A DNA stretch of 64,000 nt from Klebsormidium nitens (taxonomy: Eukaryota; Plantae; Klebsormidiophyceae): contig DF236978.1 of NCBI GenBank assembly GCA_000708835.1, forward strand, positions 124,001 to 188,000, written 5' to 3'. The translations under genes were made by a program, and so were the position numbers. The notes under the pieces are model-generated. The model saw only the letters and a list, made by a program, of their open reading frames with translations, did no database searches and was not told where the DNA came from. Below, one piece after another: positions 25,580 to 49,953 of the stretch (position 1 is its first letter; each line of letters starts with the position of its first letter).

Positions 25580-28189
25580 TTACAATTTGGAACCCGCGGC
25601 TTGCTCCTCCCGTTTCGCTTGCGCCACTTTTCCGAGCTTCCGTATCATGGTATGTACTTCGGTAAAATAAGGAGACGTTGCCTTCTCGACGGCCGCCATG
25701 AGCGCACGGACTCGCGGGCAGGGGTTGAGAAAACCCTCCCGTTCCTTGGCATCCAAAACCTGCAAAGTATCTCCACAGGCCTTCAGATGCCCATAAAACA
25801 CGTAGTGGCTGCCGCCAAGCTGGAGCTGAGCAACATCAACCATTGAATCCCTCTTCAAACCTCGCCGAGCCGTTTCCGCGGGAGCACGAGACGTCACTAC
25901 CTGACAAGGTGCACCTCTCTTGATCAAATCTTACTTGCAAGACTCTCAACCCGCAAACGTGCATCGCGGGATTTTGGTTGCTGGTTGACACAGACAGCAG
26001 CAAAGACGAGAGACGAGAAAGTATCTGCCACGAAGCTTCCACGGAAAGCCCTGAGTAACACTCACCTCCAGTTGCATCAACTCGCATACGATGGAAAGGT
26101 CCGCAATGGACGGCTCCGATCGTCCAAGGACGAACGGCCCGGGGTCTCGGAGCCACACTTTCTCGAGGTCTCGCAGGGCGTTTTTCAGGGTTTGCCGGCC
26201 TTTCTTGAGGATGTGCAGGTCGGGAGTGAGGCCCCGGTTGGCGGCAAGGAAGGCATTGAAGACCGTTTCCACTGTACGTATTCATTTTGCCATCTTCAGT
26301 TGGTGCAGAAAAGAGTCCCTTACTTTATTGTTGGTGTATGTGAGCGATTTGGCAATTGCGGTCGGCACTGGCTGTGATGACCTGCTAGGAGATAGTCACA
26401 AGGAAGCAATCTTTCGAACGTGACAAGATCCACGAGAGAAGAATGGAGCTGAAGGAGACTGAATCCGGAAGGACAAACTCCAAGTTTTGGTCAACTTCGC
26501 ATCAGTTCGCCTGCGAAGAACGGTCTGTTCGGTCAAAGCAGACTGAGCTAAAGGCACTGGTTACTCTTTTCGAAAGCTCCTGGTTGTTCGGTCAAAGCAT
26601 ACTGAGCTAACGGCACTGGTTACTCATTTCAGAAGCCCCGGCTTGTAAGAAGTCAGGCGCTCTTCAAAGCTCTCCCCAGACGCCGAGCTCCAACGGGTCA
26701 CTAAATCGGAACATGCACAAATTCTCCTTGTCGAAGTACAAGACTTTTCGTCTTGAAAGGTCGCATCATTGTATCTCAAAAGTAGCACATTTGAAACACG
26801 GCTGACTTTTCTGCGTCCCTAACAGAAGCCCCTGGCCCTGCAAATCTGATTCTATGTTGTGCCTTTCGATGCACCGGGTCGTAGATGCTGCTGAGGCCAC
26901 AGATAAGAGAGAAAAAGGTGACAAATCTTACTACTGCCTTTCCGGATGTTGAGGTGGTGCCAGTCCAGGACTGCGTCAATCTGCGCCCGCTCGTGCGGCT
27001 CTTTGGGGTACCAGTGATCCTCAACTCCCGCTCTAGTTGCGGCCAGGTACCGCATGATCGCATGGCTGCAAAGCAGATAGCAGAGCTTTGGCCATGATGA
27101 AGTTGCAAAAGAAGTCTAGAGTATAACGGAGGAATTGCAGACGAGTCTTAGAGCCTCATGGTGGTGACACGACCCACGCCTGCGACACAAAAGCTGATCA
27201 TGATTCTTTTAGTGCTGGAAAGGTTGGCCCACTGTCAAGAAATCGCAGTTCCTGAAAACACATGCAACCACTTGTTATTGTCTGAGGTTGATTTACCAAA
27301 CAATCTCTCACCAATTGTAGGTGGGAGGGAGACGGTCCTGGAAAAATCTTACCTCTCCGGCAGCTTGAACCCATCATCGTCGATTGCCGGCAGCTTTTTC
27401 AAAGGGTTTATCTCTGCGCAAAAGAGTGAAGGCGTGAAACCACCATCTCTTTCTTATTGTGTAACCTGGTCATCAGCTAACTCCTACTCTTGACATGAAG
27501 TTGAACTGAATATATTGACTAGAGTTGTGCAGCACCACAACGTTGGCCATGTTTCGTCACGGAGGACAAGTCACAGTCCGAGGCTGGGATTATCATTCTG
27601 ATGATGAACTCCAATCAGATTCAGATCGCAATTGTCAGGCCTGAATAAGCTTGCTAAGTACCAGGTACATGGACACTCCTGAAATAGTTTTGCAATAACA
27701 TGAATGATCTGCATATGATTCTGAATACCTTACCACATGATTGCGCATATGATTCTATCAGCTCACCGGCAAACTCTGGCTTTACGTGTGCAAGCTTGTC
27801 AATTCTAACAGAGACAAACTCGTGCTCCAGTCCATTTGCCCTGCAAGAGTGGAAAAGTGAAACACATGTTCACGTTGCAGACCAGCCTAGCTTAATTACC
27901 TGGCCCCTGAGAGCCTGAGATGCTTTTGCTCTGATGGCACTACAGGTTGGTGAGAGAGATGCCCCCTGCTGATCGCTGCTGATTGATGACTTCTTGGATG
28001 GCTTTGCATTCAGCAATCAAGTATTCAGATAATCGCACTGTCCAATTGGATGGCTGTCTCTTGGAATGGATTTGCATGACACCAGCAATTGATGTACTAT
28101 TCAGAGCCGAAACAGAGGCCTTCTTACTTGCAGAAGATCAGGATTGCTCGTGTTGGCTGAGAAAAGATGTCCCCATAGACCTTCAACAT
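25580..28189 (-). CDS. GSTT: Theta-class glutathione S-transferase with C-terminal PTS1 (SKL)
   Basis: Exons 28128-28189, 27767-27840, 27353-27413, 26932-27065, 26066-26271 and 25580-25759 give 238 aa: MLKVYGDIFSQPTRA (Ser-type SQP motif), INPLKKLPAI, LPESHAIMRYL, SIADLSIVCELMQL, ...AAGSKL*. Confidence 0.95.
26526..26640. repeat. ~59-bp direct repeat x2 in GST intron
   Basis: tgttcggtcaaagca(g/t)actgagctaa(a/c)ggcactggttactc occurs at 26526 and 26585. Confidence 0.9.
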
Positions 28190-28934
28190 CGTGTCGCTGT
28201 TAAATCAATGCTCTGGCTGTGTTGGATCCTTGCAGGCGCGCTGGAGACAGAGTACCTTGCTGGCCTGTAGGTTGTGTCAGGAGAATGTCCGACTTTAAAG
28301 ATAAGAGAACATGCGTTCTGCCACTGCACAGCTTTGTGCTGCCCTGACAGTCGAGAAAGGAATGACACAGATGATGGAACATGAGTGCTGGTGAAAAGGG
28401 AATGTGTGCAACAACGGCCCTCTGCACTGAGCTAGAGCCTGAGCCTGAGGGCCCCTCCCCAACTTGCTGCAGACTTTTCAGACTTCAAAGAACTGCAGAA
28501 AATGTACGTAGCCGCGCAAACGAGCATAAGAAGCGTTTGGGAAACGGCGGTCGCCGGACAGTCACGTTCAGGCCCAAAGGAGGCCTCCGTGATAACAACC
28601 GTCATTGCGCCGCCAGTCAGAGGCGACGGTTTATGCGACTCTCCTATCAGATATGCATGCAAAAGCATCAGGCAACTTTCGCTAAATTTGAAACGACATA
28701 CACATTGTACGTCCAACACAACCTGCAGGATTGCCATGCAAAGTTCTGTTGTCTACTGACAGTGAAAGATCAGCTGTCCACATTCTCATTACACCTTGGC
28801 TCTAAATCTTCAGTCATATTCCAGCTGCTTCCAGCTTTATCAGAACGCGCCATCAAGGGTCCAAGTGGACACATTTGCACGCTGCGTCAACACTTCTGTC
28901 TTTGAGGGAAGCCAGCATTCCTTGCCCTCGAACA

Positions 28935-31900
28935 ATGTTGCGAGCTCTCCGGCTGCTGCCGCTAGCTGAGGCGCACCTTTCCTCTCTTCATAGGTGCCAG
29001 CTTTCATACATCATTTATGCACCAGCATCAGCGACGTGTTTACTATCTGCATGTTCGTCAGCGAACACAACCACCTCTCAAATCGCTGACATCATCGGTG
29101 CATCAGCAGCCGTCTCCCGACGAGCGTTTGGCAGTCAGGCTGAAGTCTGGACTTGGGGTAAGGGAGAGGAGGGCCAGCTAGGGCATGCCACTGAAAACCT
29201 GGAGAAGCAACCCAAGCGCGTCGACGTCCTACTTTACACCACCAGCTCATCGGGTGCGGAAGACTCGTCCAAAGCATCTTCTGGCTCCGCTAATGTCACA
29301 CCGTCCTCCTCCACTAGTGGCGCGTCCCAAACAAGGGGTGTGGATTCAGGTTCTGAGCCAGGGGGGGGTAATGAGAGGCAAGCGTTTGCGGGCCAAGTGT
29401 CGTGTGGACTGTTTCACTCTGCGGCGCTGCTCGAGGGCCTTCTCTTCACGTGGGGCAAGGGCCAAGGGGGCAGGCTGGGCATAGGGGACGACCAGCCGAG
29501 GTACCAGCCGGCACGGGTCCCGCTTGATGACGTCAGCGCCGTCGCCCTGGGAGGGCTGCATTCATTGGCTGTCACAGGTGGTGAGCGCCCCCAGCCTCCG
29601 AACTTGTCCTTTTGGATAGTTGGATAATGTATGATCAAAGAATTTGATCTTCTCCAGGTTGGAGGTTGTGGATAGTTTGAAGGTTTCCAAATTGAAAGTT
29701 GTGGATTCTCTGAAGGTCTCCATATTGAGGGTTGTGACCCTTGGAAGGAGCAGAATACCAAAGAGACAAGCAATTCGACGACAGATTGCCCATGTCATTT
29801 CCACCCCCCCAAAGGCGACCAGCCATGATCATCGATTGGCGCCACTTTTTTTGCCCTGTTGTACTGTTAAGGGTCAGTATGGACAGCTGTCAGCTGAAGA
29901 AGAATCTGAGCGAATGCTTACTTTACAATCTCCAGGATACCGACTTCTCAATCTGTTAATCTCCCTTTGTTCACCATCACGTTCTTGCGCTGGTGCACAG
30001 ATGGCCGGGCCTGGAGTTGGGGCTTCGGCATGTTTGGAGCGCTCGGGCATGGGGACTATACCAACGCATACGAACCTACTCTGATTCGGGGGCCTTGGGA
30101 AAACAAGGGCGATCGAGTCGTGACAATCTCTGGGGGTGGGGCACATTCTGCGGCGGTCACAGGTTAGTCTCTTGCCAATCGTAACCAGTCTAAGAACCTC
30201 GAACCCAAAACGTAACCCAGCAACAAATGCACATTTTTTCCTCTCCATGGCGTCCTTCTTTTTTCTTTCTTGGAGCTCCAGGACGTCCCTAGGGCAGGGA
30301 GCCATCCTTGGAGCTTTGCAACCATCATTGTCGCGGAAGATGAAGAAGGGACTACTGTAGCGCCGCCATTCATCTTCCTTACCTAACCAGGGCGGTAGCT
30401 ATTGCGAAACCCCAATAGTGCACCTACTGAGCTGTCAGTTGAAAACAGACATTCAATCGAACGGTTCAGAGTGGACTTGGAGAAGTTGCGGTGTCAGATC
30501 TTGGCCTGGTAATACTGGCATGAGAGTATGGAGCTTCAGGGCTGTTGATGCCTCCTGATGGAGGTGGCTCCTTACGGCAGGCAGTTCATGCTTTACGAAG
30601 ATTTTTGGCCACCCCCCTCTTGTCCACCTCCTAAGTTGACATGCACAAACAGCCCTGGCAGTCTCCATGTGCCCCCTACTGAGTTCGTCTTTGCCAATCC
30701 GAGTCAAGAAGTTAGAGAAGTAGCAGTTAGAAACTGTCAATAATCTCAAGCCTCGAGGATTGCCTTGTTTTACCCACCCAAATCTCTTGGCGGGAAAAAG
30801 TGCCCATGTAGAACCTCCCGCCAAAGCCAAAGCAAGTCAGGTTACGATGCAAACAATCACATAGGCATGTTTCAGCGATAGACGCCGTCGAGTTTCCTCA
30901 AATTGATCGCTCGAATCGTCCAGCGGCTGGTGCTGTCTATACTTGGGGTCGAGACGAGGGGGAGGGGCGGTTAGGTCTTGGAGGCGCGGGGGCTGCCGGG
31001 GGATCCCCCACGCCGCTCCAGGTGCACGGAATAGAGGGCCACGTGGTTGCTGCCGCTTGTGGAGGATTCCATACGCTGTGCCTGACTGGTGAGGGGCTTC
31101 GGGCGAAACGCTTTGGTGTGTAGTCGTGGCTCGCCTTTCGAACGCCGGCTTTTCCAGATAGAACGACCTTCTTTGGGAGTGCTGCAATCACGCCTTGGCA
31201 AGGGCAAGCGGAAGAGACACTGAGCGAGTCTGCTGAATACTGCGGTGATCCTTTATAGGCAGCGAAAGGAGACTAATCTCAGGAATTGGTTCCGAATTTT
31301 CTTCCAGAACAGCTTGTGTTCGTCAGAACGTTTTTGCTGGATTGGTGTGTCTGATCCACCTACCATAAAGGAGCATATCACTTATGTATTTATAAGGCAC
31401 CCCTTCGTTGTTTCCCTCCAGACTTTCTCAATCAGTGCTTCATGTGCTATCCAAAACGGACCTGCTTTAAGCTGTCGGCTCACCTAACGAATCGATTCTT
31501 TTGCCCCTGCCAATGTTTCACTCCGACAAGCACTTCCGGCTTGACTCCGATCTCTCAGCCGTTCGAATCGGACTTGCGCAGATGACGGAAGGGTTTGGAG
31601 CTTTGGTGCAAACGCGAACGGTGAACTAGGGCGGGAAAGCAGCAGTAAAGGAGGCCCGCAGCCGATACGGGCTTTGGAGGGGCGGAGAATACGGCACGTA
31701 AGCAATCGGCTGTCAATTGCCGAGTTTCAACAAGACCACTAACATTCAGGTTCTGAAAACCAGAACTATGGGTTCGCTTTGCCCCTCGCTGGCAGAAAGC
31801 GCTGATAGTAACCAATTGATATCGAGCACGTACATTTCACCTTTCGCTAATCTCATTCGTCGGCACCTGGCACCTGTTTTGCCTGAAAATTCGCGTTCGC

Positions 31901-32962
31901 CGGGAGCAATCCAGTATACCTAAATGTCTGACCTTTTTCTCGCGTGCTCCAGGTTGCCTGCGGGGGCTATCACTCGGCCGCGGTCACGGAAGATGGCGTC
32001 ATGCTGACGTGGGGCCACGGGGGCCACGCGCAGCTGGGGCACGGGGAGCTGCGCAGTGAGAGGACGCCGCGCGAGGTGGAGGCCCTCCGGGGCGTACGAG
32101 TGAGGTCCGCAAGCTGCGGCGGCAACTGGACGTCCGCAGTTACAGGTGCCGTTCAACGTATTGCAAGCTTCTCGGTTTGGTCGAATTGTCCCTCTTCCTT
32201 TGACCCCCGCTCTCAGAACTCTCTGCTTTGTCTCTTCGTGATTCAAGTTCGGCAAAGGTGCAGACTTGAGCAAGCCCGAAGACCTCGCATCGTAAGAGAA
32301 GATGCTGTTAGACGTCTGCGCTTCTTGGCTCGCTTCGACCTCCCTATGATTTTGTCCTGGTGCAGATGCTTGATACACTTTGGGAACCTTTGGGCTTCTC
32401 TACTTCTGTGTAGTTTTCTCGCAAGCGACTGGTCTGGGACTTTGCAGCGTATCCATTTCATGACTTCCAGGTTATCGGGAATCCGCATTTCTATATTAAT
32501 ACGCGTTGAGTAAGCTCAGGGTCAGAAGTCATTAGCTCTGCTTAACCTGCCCTTCTCTACGGTTACAAAGTCGGGGTTCCGGATGCGGCTTCTGGGATTC
32601 CCTTTAAACGTGATCGAACGTCGCGGCCCGAACGACAGTGCCATCAAGACTTCAGTCCAGGCCTCTGCAAAGCGACCCAGACTCCTCAAGTGGACGCATT
32701 TCAGTACAGCAAGCCCAAAGTGTTTACGGTTTTGGCTTCTTATAACAGTAGATTCGGTCCCTTTGCAGAGGACGGGCGGGTATTCACGTGGGGAAAGAAC
32801 CGAGACTGGCAGCTTGGGCGGCCGCTCTCATTAGCCGTCGACATGGAACCCACGCCCCGGGACATTGCTTTCTCAGACTCGGAGGACGGTTTCTCGAGAC
32901 GGGCGATTGAGATAGCATCTGGAGCACACCATGGGGCGGCCCTCGTTATTGCCACAGATTGA
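28935..32962 (+). CDS. RCC1/UVR8-like beta-propeller protein, probable mitochondrial RUG3-like
   Basis: Exons 28935-29577, 30001-30162, 30924-31088, 31582-31697, 31953-32145 and 32769-32962. Seven RCC1-type repeats (TWGKGEEGQLG, WGKGQGGRLG, WGFGMFGALG, TWGRDEGEGRLG, SFGANANGELG, TWGHGGHAQLG, TWGKNRDWQLG). The N-terminus is Arg/Leu/Ser/Ala-rich and acid-poor. The RUG3 assignment is from recollection. Confidence 0.88.
29655..29740. repeat. ~33-bp tandem repeat x2.5 in RCC1 intron 1
   Basis: ttggaggttgtggatagtttgaaggtttcc / ttgaaagttgtggattctctgaaggtctcc / ttgagggttgtgac. Confidence 0.75.
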
Positions 32963-33802
32963 TCCAGACCGGACAGTTTGGCATGCAAAGGAAACACGTC
33001 GTGTTCTTCGAATAACATGACATGCGTTTGCTCAGAATGTATCATGCATGCTGCTCAATAATCAATACCGCTGCGTGGGTAATGCGCGCCAAAGTACGTC
33101 TGAAGTTTGTTTGTATGACTTGAGAACATGTAGAGTTCAACTTTCGACAAGATTGAGATGCATTGGAGGTGCTACGTTTCAGACTTACACTCAACATGCA
33201 TTCGAGAGATACACATTACACATGTAGGTACGTAACATCATTAAACTCATTGGGCGGCCAACATTAGCAGAGATGTCGATCAACTCTATGGATCGTAGCC
33301 GTGCACATGGCCGGGCTGCAGAACTTCAATTCAAAACATCTCAAGTCAAACTCAGCTGCATGCCGTATGTCAATCTTGTCTGATGCTTTGCATGTCAGAT
33401 GCAGCACAGAAGCGTCCCTGTCAACGATTTCCGCATGCAGTCGCAGCAGGCTGCAGCAAACGACGTTCCTCGGCTCTGCCAGAGATAGGAGCTAAGGGCT
33501 CTGATAACAACGATGACTGATTTACAAGATTTATGAGTGTAGCGGTCTCTTGAAAGTGCTGGATCAGATTAGATCACAACGCCTAAGTCAAGTCTTCAGG
33601 TCCAACGTTGCTAGTCTCGTGGATCGCCATCGGAAGAGCTTTGTATTTAAAATGACCAACTTGTCCGGAATTGCATCCAGGACCTTTCAGTGTGTACCAA
33701 CTCTACAACTTACATAAACTTCGAGCAACTCAAAGGCATACTCAGTCCCTCCGTCCATTGTTCAATCTCCACAACAGATGAAACCAACTCGGAGTGCTTG
33801 TT

Positions 33803-44892
<11,090 letters not shown>

Positions 44893-45474
44893 TGTGGCTT
44901 CTTCTTGTTTCCAAAGGGGATAGTTCTTGATCCAGTCAGGCTCCCCTTTTCAGCCTGCATTGAACAAAGTTGCCAGCTGTCAGCTGGACCCAGGAGTTAA
45001 TATGTCAGGGAGCATTTTTTCCTGCTTGCAATCTTTGACTCCTGGTAAGAAGGCGGACTCAGGGCACAGGCTGAGGCGCTTGTGTACGTCCATGATGTTG
45101 AGAATCGATATGTGCGTCAAACAGCACGTGACTATCAAGCTAAGCTGGGCCTAAAATCACAGAGAAGCTGACAGAGGAAGCAGAAACGAAGCAATTGTCT
45201 CTGGAACAAACAACACAAGACACATCCCTTGTGCACAAAAGATTAGAGCGCCTCACCTCTGTGCAACTGTAAGCGCAAACTTTGGAGTTCTGGTAGTGAT
45301 GCGTACCGGTGTGCCACAAACCCAAGAGGTCTTCTTCTCTGGCACCTTGCGCGAGGCTGCTTCCTGTATACCACTTGTCTTTGTCCTCCCAACTCGTTTC
45401 TGGGCTGCCAACGTTCCTGCAACACAGCCTCCTACAGGCTGATACTAGTAGGTACCATCATGCCAGCGGCCATC

Positions 45475-45510
45475 ATTCCCGCAATTTGGCGCCAAAAGCA
45501 CCCGCCAAGC
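45475..45510. promoter_or_regulatory. Cluster of E2F-type sites in the MCM6/MYG1 divergent promoter
   Basis: ATTCCCGC at 45475-45482, the perfect palindrome TTTGGCGCCAAA at 45485-45496 (TTTSSCGC on both strands), and CCCGCCAA just after. MCM genes are established E2F targets. Confidence 0.7.
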
Positions 45511-45874
45511 TCGCGACCTTGTCGTCGATGAGTATCCATCGTGGAACATCCAACGGCTCGAAATGCTGACCGCGTTGCCGGCCAACTTTCTGCATCCAAT
45601 TACAAAGTGCCATTTGGTAGTAGTCACAAATGAGCAGCGTGGGCGCGGGCCACCTGCGCGCGGCTGCCTGCGCTCGCGGCTGCTACCAGAGTCCGAGTCC
45701 ATGAGTCCAATTTCCAGTGTCGTTCTTTCCAACGGAAGGGTTTTCTGCTCAAGGGTCGATCAGAAAGGCGCTTGCATTCTAAAAGTACCGTAGGCCAGAA
45801 TTCAGAAGCTCGACATATCCCTGGCTTTGAGGATCAAGCTCGCTGGGCAATCCCTTCGCGTCTTCATTCCTCCT

Positions 45875-48800
45875 ATGTGGGCGCGGATGCCTGCGTGCGC
45901 GGCGCGCGTCTCCTCTTTCTCCCTCGCCACCCGCACCGTCCACTTGGCATCCGCACAGTCACAACGCTCATTCATTTCAGACTGCATTCATAGTCTTTGT
46001 AAGTCTCCGTCACCTTCATCCTTCCACCAATCGTTTGTGGGCGCTAAGCGCAGCCCTTTCATGTCATTTGCTGCCGCGAGAGCTCAAGCGGCCATCGACA
46101 TTTCGGCAGCCGAGGAGGGAAAGAGACAGAAGATGACGAAGAAGATCGGGACCCACAACGGCACGTTCCACTGCGATGAGGCGCTCGGTGTCTTCCTCCT
46201 GGAGAGGACGGACAAGTTTGCAAACGGGGAGCTTGTGAGAACGAGAGACGCAAAGGTAAGCATCTGGTAATGGAAGCAATTGGACAAGGTGTGCACTAAT
46301 TGCTGCAAATCTTGGTAATGGTGCTGATTTTGATACACCTGTAGCCCAGAGAAGCCTGGAGAATATAAGCACAAGTTTGGGCTATTAGAAACGGGCTGCA
46401 AATCAAGGCATTGGCGGCGCTGCACATGCACCACCCCTTCATCGAGCGCAGGGCTTGTCTGACATGTGCTGTGATGTCATCGGCACTATGCCTTTCCACA
46501 CGTATGCCCCTGCGGATCCCCAAATGTTGTGAAGTGGGCAGCTCCGAATGACTCTTCTCGCACCAGACGATAGCACCACCTCGTTTCTCACATACTGTGC
46601 ACGAAATCAAGGCGATTCCCTCTCTCAGGTCCTGGACACGTTGGACGTTGTGATTGATGTGGGCGGCACATACGAGCCAGACAAGGATCGGTATGACCAT
46701 CACCAGAAGGGCTTTGACACCGTCTTTGGCCATGGATTTAACACGAAGCTCAGCAGCGCTGGCTTAGTGTACAAGGTGAGCCCAGCTTTAACATAGTGCG
46801 CTTCCTCTTGGCTGCTCTGGTTTGCTTTTAGCTTTCTGAGGTTCTTTCAGCATCTAGCGAGGCATCACTACTCTTCCTTAGAAAGGGACATATTACAGCA
46901 GCGCCTAGCAAGTACAACCCCAATGATGAAGTGGATCTGGACCCCCAGACTGTAGACGTTCTAGTTCGAGACATGAGATATTTCTGCTGAAGTCAGGAAT
47001 GGGGTTTGACCTTCTAAAGTACCGGAAAAATTCTTGCGCCGGGGGCTCATAAGATTACTCCGGTGCTTAGGCTATCTCTCTTTCTACACTTAGGTTGTGA
47101 GCCGGTGGTTGCATTGCCGTGGTTGCAAGTTAGTATGTTCTTCATAGCTATCTCAGACTTCTTGTTTACCTGTTATCAACATCACTCTCGCACCCGTGCA
47201 GCACTACGGCAAGGAGGTCGTAGCAAAGGTGCTGGGTCTTCCGTTGGACCACCCCGACGTGCAGACCGTCTACCTGGCAGTCTACAAAAACTTTCTCGAG
47301 GTGCGTCCTTTCTGCCGCTTCGAAACGTACCCACTTTTCCTTTCCTTCTTCACCACTGTTTTACCTGCGGACAGCTTGTTCGCATTCGATTCCGTGATTC
47401 ACATGATTCTTCTGTGACTCTACGAATGCGTGGAGTGCGCTAGGCCTGGCTCCAAAGGAACACGGTTTCGCTTCCGTGAGAACGTTGTGTCATTCCAGGG
47501 TCAAGATGCCGTCTACGAAATAGGCCTTATTTCACATATGGTGATTGGGCAGTGGTCATTGGAAAAGTTCCGGCAGCGAGCTCTGCAGAACAGAGTAAAG
47601 ACACTCCCCAATATACGAGCAAGGAAGTATGCTCGGCCTGGGCCGGCCGGCATGTTTGGCTTGTAGGTATCGGGCGTCAGCTTTCACCCATCAAAGCTTA
47701 ACGAACGTTTCAGAAGATCCTACTACTTGTCTTTGTACACACGATCTCGATGCCAAAATCGCTGTCTGCCAAGTCATTACGTATTTGTAAACAATCATTT
47801 GATATCTTTGACAGGCGGTCGATGCCATCGACAACGGTGTGAACCAGTACGACGCTAACTCCCCTCCAAAGTACATCAGTAACACGCACCTCGGGGCGCG
47901 GGTCGCGCGGCTGAACCCGAACTGGATGCAGCCGTCTTCAGAAGAGCAAGAAAACGAGTCGTTCAGGAAGGCCTCGAAGCTGGCCGGAGAAGAGGTGAGG
48001 GTTTATGAGGTTTATGCTTGACGAACATCCGTTTGCCGCAAACTCGTCACCACTACTAGTTGCTTAAACGCGACTATTCGATTGACAAGACCACTTGGGA
48101 AGGACCTCTAGTTTGACTGCTGTTATGTCACCAGGTTGCGATGAATAGGAACCCGCTCGAGGGAAGGTCCCAACGTACGGAATCCTTTCCAATTGGACTG
48201 GACCATATCCGGACGCCCTCTTGCGAAGTAAGGAGGCAGTGAAGTACTGTGAGAAGGTCAGGCTCCCGCCGGGCAGCATCGAACTGCTTTTAAACACTTT
48301 TGGACGCTCTGTGGATGATTCTTCATAGAATCGGACGCCCTTTCCCGTACAGTTTTTGGAGTCGGTGAGTTACTTTGGAAAGGTGTGGCTCCCGGCACGG
48401 AGCATCAAACAGCTGTCGGACGCTTTTGGACGCTTTGTGGACGCATTCCGACGGACCCGAACGCCGTCTTTCGTACAGTTTCTAGAGTCCGTAAACTACT
48501 TTTGGAAGGTGTGGCTCCCAGCGCGGAGCATGGTGGAGGCGACGCCGACCCTTTTCAGACACTTTCGGACGCTTTCTGGACGCATTCTGACACTTGCGGA
48601 CGCCCTTTCTTGTACGGTTTCCAGCGGCCTGCAATACACTAGGGAGGTTTGGTTCCCGGCGGGAAGACTTGTGGACGCTTTTTGGACGCTTCCAAAACAA
48701 TCCGGACGTCCTGTCTAGAACATTTGACAACTCGTGACTACTTTGCGAAGGTGTGGCTCCCGGTGCAGAGCATCAAACAGCTGATCTCGGAGACCTTCGG

Positions 48801-49953
48801 ACACTTTGTCGACGCCTTCTGATGGATTTGGACGTCCTTTCTCGTACAGTTTCTAGAGTCCGTGAACTACTTTGGGAATGTGTGGCTCCCGGCGCGGAGC
48901 ATTGTGGAGGCGACGTTGGCGGCGCGGAAAGAGGTGGACTCGAGCGGGGAGATCTTGCAGCTGAAGTCCTTTTGCCCGTGGAAGGAGCACCTGCACGAAC
49001 TAGAGGAGGAACATCAAGTGGAGCCCAAGATCAAATATGTTCTATATGAGGTGAGGGGTTTGATGTCAACGTTTTGCGAAATAACAGCAGCATCGTCCAA
49101 GTTTTGTTCTTTCTTGGATTCGGAGTAGAGGAAGGAACGAAGAAGAGGGCCGCAGAACCGAGACAAACGTTACTTCATCGTCCATGAGGTATTCGTCACC
49201 GGTCGGAAACGAGGTACCTTTTCAACCCTGTTCAAGAAACGCAATGTATGAAAAGGCGCGGTATCGTGGAAATGCCAAAGACACCACGATAGCAATTCCT
49301 CGATGCTGATCAGTGGCACCAAAGTGGAGGCGCCCTAGCAGCTTTCCTGGGAAGCTTTGTGAGCCGGTTTCAGAGCGCTCGGAAATCTCGTTCTTCACCT
49401 GATGTACGCATTCCGAACCTTTCATAGAATCGGAATGTGGTTCCAATCGTTTGGTTACCCAGATCTCACGGACAATCTTCACGTGCGGACATCCGTGACC
49501 TCGGTCAAGCGGTCCTGTGTGCGTGAACGCCTTCCGACGTGGTTGCTGCAGTGGGTTTCGCCGGGCTTTAGTTTGTGCCTTTGTGTGCTTTAACGTCGCA
49601 CAGCCGCGTGCATCACTTTCGGCAATCGACTGGCGCACAACAACACTCGTCGAATTCGCACGGACACCTCCCGCAACAGAGTCCCCGGTCGTTTAACAAG
49701 TCTTTGACACTGTCTGTTGCAGGACGACCGGGCCATGCAGTGGCGCGTCCAGGCGGTGTCACAGGCCCCGGGGTCGTTTGAGAGCCGGAAGCCGCTGCCC
49801 AAGGCGTGGCGGGGCCTCCGGGACGACGACCTGTCGCAGGCGAGCGGAATTCCGGGTGGCGTGTTCGTGCATATGAGCGGATTCATCGGCGGGAACAAGA
49901 CGTACGAGGGCGCGCTTGCTATGGCGCGGAAAGCTCTAACGATGGACTTGTAA
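45875..49953 (+). CDS. MYG1: MYG1-family (UPF0160) 3'-5' RNA exonuclease with long N-terminal presequence
   Basis: Exons 45875-46255, 46629-46775, 47202-47300, 47815-47994, 48850-49050 and 49723-49953 give 412 aa. Motifs: IGTHNGTFHCDEAL, DVGG.Y....RYDHHQ, TKLSSAGLVYKHYG, AVDAIDNG, CPWKEHL, WRGLRDDDLS...GIPG.VFVHMSGFIGGN. Confidence 0.97.
48215..48849 (+). repeat. ~105-140 bp tandem array of the MYG1 exon 5 acceptor plus exon 5' end
   Basis: Copies start at ~48229, 48353, 48479, 48618 and ~48723, ahead of the true start at 48850. The shared core is gtacag|TTTCTAGAGTCCGT.AACTACTTT.G.AAGGTGTGGCTCCC. Confidence 0.93.
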
